In this document: piece by piece, positions 44,174 through 53,438 of the stretch | How the letters are laid out: the number at the start of each line of letters is the position of its first letter | How positions within the stretch are numbered: position 1 is the first letter of the stretch | Source: a virus | Lineage: Duplodnaviria; Caudoviricetes | Strand: one strand, 5' to 3' | IMG/VR virus record: IMGVR_UViG_3300032219_002522 | Span: 1 to 64,000 of that record | DNA length: 64,000 nucleotides | Position numbers and translations under genes: made by a program | The notes under the pieces: generated by a model | Database searches by the model: none | Seen by the model: the letters and a program-made list of their open reading frames with translations, nothing else | Told to the model about the DNA's origin: nothing

Positions 44174-44926
44174 CTAAAAATCAAACAATCTTTTAAGACC
44201 TCTGAAAACTAGAGATTCTTTTAATTTAGTAATTGATATTTCAAATTCTTTACCGAAAGTTTTAGGTGCATCTTTATAGGATTCTTGAGTTTCATCATTA
44301 GAGTCCTGTGTATATTGCCAATAAAAAGATGTTTCTTCTGGTACATTAAATCCATAGAATTCGTAAACCTGTTTTTGAGTTTCTAAAACCTGCTCACCGT
44401 TCCAGTTTTGTCCTATTATAACACATCCTGCATCTATATTAGAAACTATATTATCCTCGCCTAATGTTGTGTGCCTATTTTCTATCCAATTAAGTCTTTC
44501 TATAAGTTTTTGGTAAAAAGCATTAGCTTGTCCCCATCTTACACTTATAAAGAAAATCACAGCTTCAGATTCGAAAAGCTCTTTAGAAACCTTCCATAAT
44601 TCATCTTCCTTATTATTAATAGAAGCCCAACATCTGTGATTTCCTGAAGGATCCTTTTCATCATCTTTTAATAATGAATCTTTAATACCACAATTGTTTC
44701 CATCTACACCAGATACGTTTCCTTCACATGGATATATTTTTAGCTTAGGTATTTCTAAAAGAGTAACTTCTGTATTTTCTTCTAGCTTAGATTTAATGTC
44801 CATCGCTAATAGTGTGGATTTAGGAATTTCTTTACTTCCTTCCCATCTATTAGACGTGGTTAAAAATAGAACTTTCTTTTTTCCTGAAAGGTATTCTATT
44901 AATTCTTGTATTTGATCTGCAACCAT
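44174..44926 (-). CDS. Flavodoxin-fold / NADPH-dependent FMN reductase-like protein
   Basis: LFLTTSNR..KS, IYPCEGNVS...C, RCWAS, V.WG....YQKLIERL. Confidence 0.65.
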   Translation of the reverse strand: MVADQIQELIEYLSGKKKVLFLTTSNRWEGSKEIPKSTLLAMDIKSKLEENTEVTLLEIPKLKIYPCEGNVSGVDGNNCGIKDSLLKDDEKDPSGNHRCWASINNKEDELWKVSKELFESEAVIFFISVRWGQANAFYQKLIERLNWIENRHTTLGEDNIVSNIDAGCVIIGQNWNGEQVLETQKQVYEFYGFNVPEETSFYWQYTQDSNDETQESYKDAPKTFGKEFEISITKLKESLVFRGLKRLFDF

Positions 44927-45239
44927 AACTTATATATCTGCGAATTTAGAATATATACTTTAATGAAACATATCGAAAATGAAACATATCGAAATATACG
45001 AAAATTTTAGTTCATATCCTAGCAGAAAAGAATTTACCGATGCTGAAATCAATTACTACCAAAAACTTTGGGACTGGCTTCCTCAAAAATATAGATTTAA
45101 TCAGTTTTTTCTTAAACTGTGGAATCAGGCTAAGGATAAGAGATATCTTTCGAATAAACAATGGATACAATTAGAGTATCTATTAAAAAATGGAAAATCG
45201 CAATACGAAGCTGGAATTTTACCAAATAATTATTAATAG

Positions 45240-45818
45240 ATGATAAATTTAAAATATTTCAAAGATCTTTTTGAATCAGAAAATATAAACGGTTCAGGAA
45301 TAACTATAGATGAATTCTGTAATAGAATAGAAATATATCCCCCTATGATACCAGTAATATCTGAATGGTGGAGTAAAAATAGATCCGATATAAAAATACA
45401 CCTTTTTCCTTTTGGATCCATTGAACCTATAGCTGGTGTTTTTTTAGGATCTGATACCGTATGTATAAACCAAAATCTGAGAATGCCCCCTCATATTAAG
45501 TTGTTTTTATCTTTACATGAATCGAGACATTGTGATCAATATAGAGATGGGTCGTTTATAGAAGGATATTATGATACGGTATTAAATAATGATCTGGAAG
45601 GATTTTTGGAAGCATATTCTAGATTAGAAAGAGATGCTAACGATTATGCTATTGGTGCAATGAGAGAAATTGGATTTTCACGAGAGATGAATAGAGAAGA
45701 AAACATGATAAGAGGAAATGAAAGGGCAGGGAATATTGTTTATAGAATGATGCAGAATGATATTGAAAGATTAAATCCTACTGATTTCTTTGACTTATTA
45801 AAAAAACAGATACTTTAG
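45240..45818 (+). CDS. Putative HExxH metallopeptidase-like protein
   Basis: LHESRH.....LERDAN.YA. Confidence 0.5.
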   Translation: MINLKYFKDLFESENINGSGITIDEFCNRIEIYPPMIPVISEWWSKNRSDIKIHLFPFGSIEPIAGVFLGSDTVCINQNLRMPPHIKLFLSLHESRHCDQYRDGSFIEGYYDTVLNNDLEGFLEAYSRLERDANDYAIGAMREIGFSREMNREENMIRGNERAGNIVYRMMQNDIERLNPTDFFDLLKKQIL

Positions 45819-46946
45819 CGATTAGAAACAAACTTATGTTTTTTCTATATAAAAAATATGGCTAAACAAAGAAATTACGATATATCCAATCCTTTCTCAG
45901 AGAACCATAGAAGCAATTTACCAAGAAATTACTGTCTTTTTGATGTTGATGGAATATTATTGAATAATTTAGGCGATCCTGAATTTTTATACGAGGGAAA
46001 ATATAGGAGAGTATCAAAAAGCAAAGGCGATTTTATAAATACTTTCTACCATCCTTCTAATTTACAAGCAACTTTTCTAAGAATGGTTTCTGAAAAAGTT
46101 GGCGTTTATATTCACGAAGAAACAACTAATTCTTGGTGGTTTGTTAATGATCGAATTCTAGAGGAGTGTAAAAATCCCAATCTGGATAAAGTAAAAACTG
46201 AGGATAGAGTTTATGTAGAGGATATTGTTAATGGATATTCACATAGCATTTCCGGTGTATTTGTAAGGACTGAGGGAGAAAAGCCTTCTGATATGGAGCA
46301 ATACGGGGACTTTATAGCCGATCTAATCAATGTACCTAAGATATTAGTTAATGATGTGTTCGAAAGTGATTATATACACTTTAAACGCGATGAAGATATC
46401 CTTAAGTGCAACTTATCAGAAAGCTGGGAAACCACTTGGAATGAATTAAAAATTATCTAAGAAAATCCATTTTTTACGAAACTATAAATATTAATAAATC
46501 TATGATAAATAAAAAAATATGGCTAAAAGTCGGGTAAGAAAAAAAAATGGAAAACCAGTAAAATATACCCCTAAACCGAAGGGTATTTCTAAGACCCAAA
46601 TGAAAAAGATCATGGAAATGATCCAAGAACAACAAAAAATATCTCAGAATGGACCTACTGAAATACCAGAAACTAGAGAAGCCGGGGGTGAATTATTAAT
46701 TTCTCCCGAATTCATAAAAAAAATAAATGTTAATGCTTCTGAAAATATAAAGGAGGGACCAGTCTTATCTGAAGGGGATAAATCTGAAACAGCAGATGAA
46801 GAAGAAAGGGTAATCCTAGAAAAAGAAGAAGAAAATACGGATTCAGGTCCTATTTCTTCAGAAATTTAGCATAAAATAAAGTCCCGTCTTTTGGGAGGAT
46901 TATTTGTGCTCTGATGGTTATATACCATATCAAATAATCAAATCAC

Positions 46947-47267
46947 ATGAAAATTATTAACGATGAACAGTTAAACGAATCAATCAAAAGCGGGGATAAA
47001 ACCCTAGTTCTTTTTTCTGCAGATTGGTGTGGACCATGTAAAATAATCAAACCATCACTTGAAAGATTAGAAGAGAAATTAGAAGAAACTCTAAAAATAG
47101 TAAAAGTTGACATTAGCGAAGCAGAAGAATCAGCAAAGAAATTTAACATAAGAAATATACCTACGTGCGTACTTATAGAAGGAGAAAATGAGATAGCTAG
47201 ATTCTCTGGAGTAAAAAATGATGAACAAATTAAAAAATTTCTTGAGGAACATCTGATTTTAAATTGA
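46947..47267 (+). CDS. trxA: Thioredoxin
   Basis: FSADWCGPCK, NIRNIPT. Confidence 0.93.
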   Translation: MKIINDEQLNESIKSGDKTLVLFSADWCGPCKIIKPSLERLEEKLEETLKIVKVDISEAEESAKKFNIRNIPTCVLIEGENEIARFSGVKNDEQIKKFLEEHLILN

Positions 47268-47319
47268 AACTTTATCTATATTTGTAATATATTAATAAAA
47301 CGTTCTTTAACATACTTAT

Positions 47320-47539
47320 TTTCTTGAAGCGGTTTAAAGGGTTACTTCAAAAATACAATTCAATAAGCAACAGGATCGGTTCTCAGGTTCCGGTCTAAAT
47401 AAAGGCTAAATACTGTATTAATCTGAAAGCGCCAGAAATGGAACTAAAGGTAGATTCTCGGTTCAATTCACCTGACTAGAAATTCGGGGATGATTACCTC
47501 CCATAAGGAGGAACCACTCTTTAAAGATTTCTCAAGAAA
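47320..47539 (+). ncRNA. Y-RNA-like unit 1 (long form with ~170 nt internal domain)
   Basis: TTTCTTGA/TCAAGAAA and TTTAAAGGG/CTCTTTAAA stems; conserved GAAGCGG..TACTTCAAA..TTCTC; upstream of Ro60. Confidence 0.65.
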
Positions 47540-47559
47540 GTATTATTATAAAAATAAAC

Positions 47560-47629
47560 TCCGAAGCGGGAATGAGGGATACTTCAAATTATGAAAAACG
47601 AAAACAAACCCTCGTTTAATATTCTCGGA
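47560..47629 (+). ncRNA. Y-RNA-like unit 2
   Basis: TCCGA/TCGGA and GAATGAGGG/CCCTCGTTT stems; same conserved motifs. Confidence 0.65.
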
Positions 47630-47639
47630 TTTTAAATTT

Positions 47640-47720
47640 TATTCTGAAGCGGGATTGGGGGATACTTCAAAAATGATTGTTAGACACCAAAAAATCCACG
47701 AATCAAAAATTCTCAGAATA
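47640..47720 (+). ncRNA. Y-RNA-like unit 3
   Basis: TATTCTGA/TCAGAATA and GATTGGGGGAT/ATCCACGAATC stems; same conserved motifs. Confidence 0.65.
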
Positions 47721-47727
47721 TAAATTT

Positions 47728-47764
47728 AAGGGGTTTGGACGCTATGCGACTGAACCCCTTTTTT
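47728..47764 (+). terminator. Intrinsic terminator between the Y-like array and the Ro60 gene
   Basis: AAGGGGTTTGG...CTGAACCCCTT followed by TTTT. Confidence 0.8.
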
Positions 47765-47790
47765 ATTGTGTAATTATTAAAAACAGATAT

Positions 47791-49416
47791 ATGTCAAGAT
47801 TAAGTGAATTTGCAGACAAAAAAACAGCAATGGCAATTGTACAAAATTCCGTATATGGTGCTTTTGCAGTAGAGAACTTCATGGGTGGAACTTCCTATGA
47901 AATTAATCCTTTGGATACTCTTAGGATCATAGCTGCTTCTTCCATATTTGGAGAGCCACAGTATTACAGAGATGGATTGAATTCTCCTAGTAATCTTCAT
48001 ACATTATCCAAGTATTCGATATTTCCAGAAATGTTTGAATCTGGAGAAAATGCTGTTGATGTTTTTGAAAAGTCTATAGATTCCGCATTAGATTATGATT
48101 TTAAAGGAACTTTGGATCTTGCTTTAGAGTTAAGAACTAAATACTTTATGAGACTTAATCCTTCAGTTATATTCGTGAGAGCTTCTCAGCACGAGAATAG
48201 AGTAAGCTTTAATGAGCTATCCCCAGGATACATGAAAAATATCGGAAAGAAAATTGCTGAAAGACCTGATGATTTAACCAATCAGTTCGAATATTACATG
48301 TTTAAAAATAAGAGTAAGTCAAAACTTCCATCTCTTGTTAAAAGAACATGGTCGGAAAGACTTGAGGAATTCAGTAGATACCAATTAAACAAATACAAAG
48401 GTAAAAAACTTATTGATCTTGTAAGAATTTCACATGCTTCTAACAAGGACATAAGTGAACTAATGAAGACTGGTAAGCTTGAGGTTAAAGAATCTGAGAA
48501 AACTTGGGAGTCTCTAAGATCAGAGGGAAAAACTTGGAAAGAAATAACAGATACTATTCTTATTCCTCATATGGCTCTTCTAAGAAATCTTAGAGGTATA
48601 TTCACAGAGATTGAAGATAGAACAACAACTGCTAGAATATTATCACAATTAAAAGGTGGTGTAGAAAAAGGTAAACAATTCCCTTTTAGATATTGGGCAG
48701 CTTACAAAGCAATACAAAGTGCGGATGTACATAACAAGCAAGCTATCTTAGATACCCTTGAGGAGTGCATAGATCAATCTGTAGAAAATATGCCTAAGTT
48801 AAAGGGAAGAGTGGCTTGTTTATCTGACAACTCTGGATCTGCTTGGGGAACATGCAATAGCGAGTATGGAACCGTGACAGTAGCTGAGATTGCTAACTTG
48901 TCATCTCTTATTACCGCTCTACAATCAGATGAAGGTATAGTTGGAGTATTTGGAGACGATCTTTCTATGAAAAATGTATCTAAAAGAAACGGTCTTCTTA
49001 CACAGTTAGAGGAAACATCTGAAAGAGGTAGAGCTCAGGGTGGCGGAACAGAAAACGGTGTTTGGGTATTCTGGGACGAAGCAATAAAAAATAAAACCCA
49101 TTATGACACTGTATTTATATATTCAGATATGCAGGCAGGTCACGGCGGATTATACGGACACCGAGAGACTGTAGGAAATTCCCCTTATGGATTTAGTAAA
49201 ATAGGAGATACTCACGTAGACGTACTATCTATGGTACAGGAATACAGAAGAACTGTAAATTCTAAAGTTAATGTCTTCTGTGTACAAGTAGCTGGATACA
49301 ACAATTCAGTATTACCTGAGAATTTATATCGAGGAGCAATACTTGCCGGATGGACTGGTAAGGAGCCAATATTTGCTAATGCAATCATAGAGGCTTGGGA
49401 TTCTATAGAATCTTAA
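47791..49416 (+). CDS. Ro60/TROVE-domain RNA-binding protein with C-terminal vWA domain
   Basis: N.MGG.SY, LIDLVRISH, TWE.L.S, MALLRNLR, QFPFRY..AY, MIDAS-like DNSGS, IYSDMQ; start refined to ATG 47791. Confidence 0.92.
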   Translation: MSRLSEFADKKTAMAIVQNSVYGAFAVENFMGGTSYEINPLDTLRIIAASSIFGEPQYYRDGLNSPSNLHTLSKYSIFPEMFESGENAVDVFEKSIDSALDYDFKGTLDLALELRTKYFMRLNPSVIFVRASQHENRVSFNELSPGYMKNIGKKIAERPDDLTNQFEYYMFKNKSKSKLPSLVKRTWSERLEEFSRYQLNKYKGKKLIDLVRISHASNKDISELMKTGKLEVKESEKTWESLRSEGKTWKEITDTILIPHMALLRNLRGIFTEIEDRTTTARILSQLKGGVEKGKQFPFRYWAAYKAIQSADVHNKQAILDTLEECIDQSVENMPKLKGRVACLSDNSGSAWGTCNSEYGTVTVAEIANLSSLITALQSDEGIVGVFGDDLSMKNVSKRNGLLTQLEETSERGRAQGGGTENGVWVFWDEAIKNKTHYDTVFIYSDMQAGHGGLYGHRETVGNSPYGFSKIGDTHVDVLSMVQEYRRTVNSKVNVFCVQVAGYNNSVLPENLYRGAILAGWTGKEPIFANAIIEAWDSIES

Positions 49417-49441
49417 TCGTATAATTATCATAATAAATTTA

Positions 49442-49466
49442 AATCCCTAGCAATAGGGATTTTTTT
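49442..49466 (+). terminator. Intrinsic terminator after Ro60
   Basis: AAATCCCTA-GCAA-TAGGGATTT plus T run. Confidence 0.8.
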
Positions 49467-49945
49467 GTGTTTTTTTTCTAGAAATAGGATAAATACTTAT
49501 ATGAAAAACATAAAGACATTCGAAAGCTATAATGTTATAGACATGGAGAGAAATCAACCAGTAAAAAAATATGGTGAACCATTCCCATTAACAGATCTTA
49601 AAATAGGAGACAAGGTAATTTATTTAGGAACATCCTATATAGTAGACAAGGTAGATGAATACTCTTTATCGTTAAAATCTATTGAAGATGGATCGGATCT
49701 AAGAGTAAATCAAAATATGTTTAACCAAAGAGGATTCATTGGAGCTATATAAATATCAAAAAAATGAAAGAGCAAATTAAGGTTTTCGATATACTTTCAG
49801 AAAAAACAAGAAATGACATAAATTTTTTTGTTGTTAATTCTTCTATATCGGACGATCCAGTAAGAAAAAAGAAATTTTACGATATTATTCAAAGAGTAAT
49901 ATTTGAATCCTCTATAGGATCAAAAGATAAAATAAAATCTAAATA

Positions 49946-50092
49946 ATGGCAAACCTTAAATCTTCAGACCCATCGAAAAAACATCTAGCAAAGGCTAAAA
50001 TAAAAAGACCAGGAATACATTCCAAATGTAAATCTAGTAACAGTAAAAATGCTAAGCATTATAAAAAGGCTTATAAATCTCAGGGTAGATAA
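49946..50092 (+). CDS. Small basic protein (48 aa, not in ORF track)
   Basis: MANLKSSDPSKKHLAKAKIKRPGIHSKCKSSNSKNAKHYKKAYKSQGR*; TAATG coupling to the upstream gene. Confidence 0.6.
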   Translation: MANLKSSDPSKKHLAKAKIKRPGIHSKCKSSNSKNAKHYKKAYKSQGR

Positions 50093-50764
50093 AAAGATAT
50101 ATAATATAAAAAAATGAGACACCTTAGAATATACGAGAACTTCATTGGTGAAGTTGAACCAGAAATAAGACAAGATTCTCCTATGAGTGTAAGTAATTTT
50201 CAAACGGAATCAACTGATTTTATTCCTACAAAAGAGGATGAAGAAGGAGATTATGCAGTAAAATTTATTAATGCAGAGGGAGAAGAAACCATCGTTACAA
50301 TAGGACACTCAATAGATCCTGAATATGTAGGTAAAAAAATGATTAGCTCTATAGAGATGATCCCTGATTCAAGCTCGGACGGAAAAGAATATTCTTTCGT
50401 TGGATATTACGATGAAATACCAGGAACATCTGGAGCATATGAGCTTAAAAAAGTTCTTATAGAGGGATAATGGCTATTAAAATATATTCAGGGTACGACG
50501 AATTTAAATACGAAGAATCTGAATTGTGTGATTGTATAGGACTAGATGATGAATCATCCTATCCAGAAGAATCGGAAGAAGAATCTTATGACATATTTTT
50601 TTATGACTCTAAAAATGTAGATTTTATAGATTCCTCAACATTTTACATTGTAGCAGATTTAGAGGATGAAGAAAACGCCGAAGATATATCAGGATATTTA
50701 GGAAAATTTAAAAGAATTTATATAAATGATTCTCACAAGGTTTTATTTTGCGTAAGTTAAAAAA

Positions 50765-51691
50765 ATGAATAATCTACTATCTTTTAAAGATTTTGTTCTC
50801 TTCGAAGACAAAGAGACTAATACAACAAAAAAACTCTTCGATCTTGATAACAAGATGACTTATAAAACCATTAAGGATTTAAGAACATCTAAAATAGGAG
50901 ACAAAATATACACTTTTTTCTGCGTCGGAAGCGGAATGGAAGCTTATGCAAATTCATTTATAGAAAAAGATAAAGAGAGAGGGGAGGCGCTTCAAAAAAT
51001 TGCAAACAACAAGGATAAAACATTAGTTTTTAGTGAGCAGGGAATATACGTAGTATCTGAGGCGGTATTTAACGGCCTAGTTTCTCTTTCGACAACTATC
51101 TTTACATACGTTCCAGATGGATCTATAACAACAGGAATTAGTATAACAAGGGTTTTTAAGCTTATTAATGTTTACTACAATAATAAAGGAAAAGCACCAT
51201 TCGATAGTATGAAGGAGGATCCGGCAACAATAGCAAAAACAATAATATCGGATCTTTATAAATTGGCTGATTCATCACCTAAGGCATCAGAAGCGGTATC
51301 TGTTCTAACAGTAGCACTTTATAAGTCTTCTCCTTCATCGTTTAAAACAATACCTAATTTCTTAGAAGATTGTGTTTATAATACAGCAAAAGATCTAAAT
51401 CTAAAATCTGTAAAAGTTGGACAGAACATAGAAGATTTCTACAAAGTAGCACAAAATACTCTGGATAATCTTAATATACCGATTCTTAAAAATATAGAAA
51501 TGGGTCTTGATAAAATGTCCGCAATAGTAGAAAGGGGAATAAGAAAGACTAATATATTTTCAACAAAGATAGGTAAAGAAGCTGGAGAGGCTTTAAAAGC
51601 AGCGCAAGAAAGAATAGCTCCTACTGGTAAAGCTATAGCTTCTAAGAGCAAACCTATATGGGATTCGATATTTGGAAAAAAATCGAAATGA
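50765..51691 (+). CDS. Amphipathic-helix protein, paralog of 51720-52874
   Basis: GIYVVSEAVFNGLVSLSTTIF vs GLYVVTEAVATGLISLATSIF and further colinear matches. Confidence 0.7.
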   Translation: MNNLLSFKDFVLFEDKETNTTKKLFDLDNKMTYKTIKDLRTSKIGDKIYTFFCVGSGMEAYANSFIEKDKERGEALQKIANNKDKTLVFSEQGIYVVSEAVFNGLVSLSTTIFTYVPDGSITTGISITRVFKLINVYYNNKGKAPFDSMKEDPATIAKTIISDLYKLADSSPKASEAVSVLTVALYKSSPSSFKTIPNFLEDCVYNTAKDLNLKSVKVGQNIEDFYKVAQNTLDNLNIPILKNIEMGLDKMSAIVERGIRKTNIFSTKIGKEAGEALKAAQERIAPTGKAIASKSKPIWDSIFGKKSK

Positions 51692-51719
51692 TTAATAGAT
51701 ATATATATATAAAAACAAC

Positions 51720-52874
51720 ATGGCAAGAATATTATCATTTAGTGATTTTAACGAACTAAGCGAAGGCTATAACTTTAACGGAAGCGATTATGGTTTTAAG
51801 GATCTTTCTAGTTACGTTGAATTATCTGAATCAGAAATGCTTTCTTTATTTGACAACGAAATCTATGAAGCAGCTCCGAAAGGAAACACTGTACAAGGTG
51901 GATTATTTGATGTTAACGATAAGAACGTTTATAATGCAGTTAAAAACGTAAAAACTGCTGTTATCCAAGGTGCTCAATACACTTTCTTAACAATAGGTCA
52001 AGGTATTAAAGCTTATGCTGATGCACAAGTTAAAGCTGCAAAAGCTACCGGACAAGCTTTATTAAATTTAGCAAAATTTACTGGTAAAGTTGTTATATTT
52101 ACTGCTGCTGGACTTTATGTAGTAACTGAAGCAGTTGCTACTGGATTAATTTCTCTAGCAACATCTATATTTGGATATGCAAAAAAAGGAGCTATTGCAA
52201 TTGGTAGTACTCTTGTTACTGCATTAAAAAATGCTAACGATTACTTTAAAAAATTAGGCAAAGCAGTATTTAATACTATTAAAAATGATGCTTTAGCAGT
52301 TGCTAAAGTTTTTATGACAGGTTTATATAAAGTTGCTAATTTAGCTTCTCAAGCTGCTCAAGCAGTTGCATCTCTAACCGTTGCAGCATATAAGATAGCT
52401 AAAACAGCATTTAAATCTATTACTAACTTTGCAGCAGAGTGTATATACGGAGCAGCTAAAGCAGCTAAGACTGTTGCTATTAAAATAGGAAAAGCGGTTG
52501 GTGATTTTTATAATGCTTCTGTAAGTGTATTTAAATCTGCTAAGGATGCTATTGTAAAAACTATAAAAACTGGATTTAACGCAGTAGCAAATACTGTTAA
52601 AGCTGGTGTGCAAAAAACAGTTAAGGTTGCTGCTAAAATAAAAACGGGAGTTGGAAATGCTCTTAAGGCCGCACAGAATAAAATCGTTAATACCGGAAAA
52701 GAAATACTTTCAGTTGGTAGCGCTATATTTAGGGGTCTTTGGGATCACGAGATTTACCAAGGAACTGACGAAGATATTTTTGAATCCTATGTTATTGTTG
52801 AGGGACAAAGATACTACGTGCCAGTTGATTCATACGATGATTACGATCTAGATATTTTCGGATCACAGTATTAA
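51720..52874 (+). CDS. Ala/Lys-rich amphipathic-helix protein, probably abundant or virion-associated
   Basis: Strong GCT/GCA/GTT codon bias, GATATATA at 51698, MARILSFSDF motif. Confidence 0.7.
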   Translation: MARILSFSDFNELSEGYNFNGSDYGFKDLSSYVELSESEMLSLFDNEIYEAAPKGNTVQGGLFDVNDKNVYNAVKNVKTAVIQGAQYTFLTIGQGIKAYADAQVKAAKATGQALLNLAKFTGKVVIFTAAGLYVVTEAVATGLISLATSIFGYAKKGAIAIGSTLVTALKNANDYFKKLGKAVFNTIKNDALAVAKVFMTGLYKVANLASQAAQAVASLTVAAYKIAKTAFKSITNFAAECIYGAAKAAKTVAIKIGKAVGDFYNASVSVFKSAKDAIVKTIKTGFNAVANTVKAGVQKTVKVAAKIKTGVGNALKAAQNKIVNTGKEILSVGSAIFRGLWDHEIYQGTDEDIFESYVIVEGQRYYVPVDSYDDYDLDIFGSQY

Positions 52875-53352
52875 TAGAAACAAAACCTAAAAACATACCT
52901 ATTAAATGACCCCCGTGGGATATTCCATCGGGGTCATTTAGTGTAACGACCTCTCCTATCAATATAATAGCCAAAATTGGTATAAGGAATTTATTTGATA
53001 ATAGTAATCTTGTTAAAAGAAAATACACCAATCCAGATATACCTATAGAAATTTGAACTCCGAAAAAAGTAAGTATAAAAGTAAAGGTCTGAACGACTAT
53101 AGTTATTAATACCATCTGCTTTATATCATATTTGTTACCACTATGAATAAGTAACAAAAATATTGCTATTATATTAAATAGAAAATGATCTAAAGATTGG
53201 TGAATAAATCCACTAATAAATGGTAAGGATATAGCTAAATCAGCATTTCCCCCAAGTATAAGCATCATAATTAATCCTAGCGGGTATGCTAATACGCATA
53301 CTCCTAATACCTTTAATGTTTCTATAGCAGATCTTTTTAAATTTTCTTTCAT
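52792..53352 (-). CDS. Rhomboid-family intramembrane serine protease
   Basis: FIHQSLDHFLFN, IGISG catalytic Ser motif, ISHGGHLIG catalytic His, several TM helices. Confidence 0.75.
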   Translation of the reverse strand: MKENLKRSAIETLKVLGVCVLAYPLGLIMMLILGGNADLAISLPFISGFIHQSLDHFLFNIIAIFLLLIHSGNKYDIKQMVLITIVVQTFTFILTFFGVQISIGISGLVYFLLTRLLLSNKFLIPILAIILIGEVVTLNDPDGISHGGHLIGMFLGFVSINTVIRKYLDRNHRMNQLARSIFVPQQ

Positions 53353-53438
53353 TTTTTTGTTTTGTAATACAATAGTAGAAAACCCAAAGAAATATAAAAA
53401 AAGATTCTAAATCATTTTTTATATTAAATAAAAAGGTC

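Noticed and set aside
47320-47720. Repeats upstream of Ro60 as a mini CRISPR array
   Set aside because: Units are unequally spaced, conservation is split into short motifs with covarying stems rather than identical repeats, and no cas genes are present in the window.
47591-47723. Tiny ORFs inside Y-like units 2 and 3 (MKNENKPSFNILGF*, MIVRHQKIHESKILRI*) as leader peptides for Ro60
   Set aside because: The MKN start echoes the tRNA leaders, but there is no clear sensor-codon bias and RNA structure explains the conservation better. Not fully excluded.
47677-47790. N-terminal 38 aa of the TROVE ORF in the track
   Set aside because: The TTG start lies within Y-like unit 3 and crosses a terminator; ATG 47791 is the plausible start.
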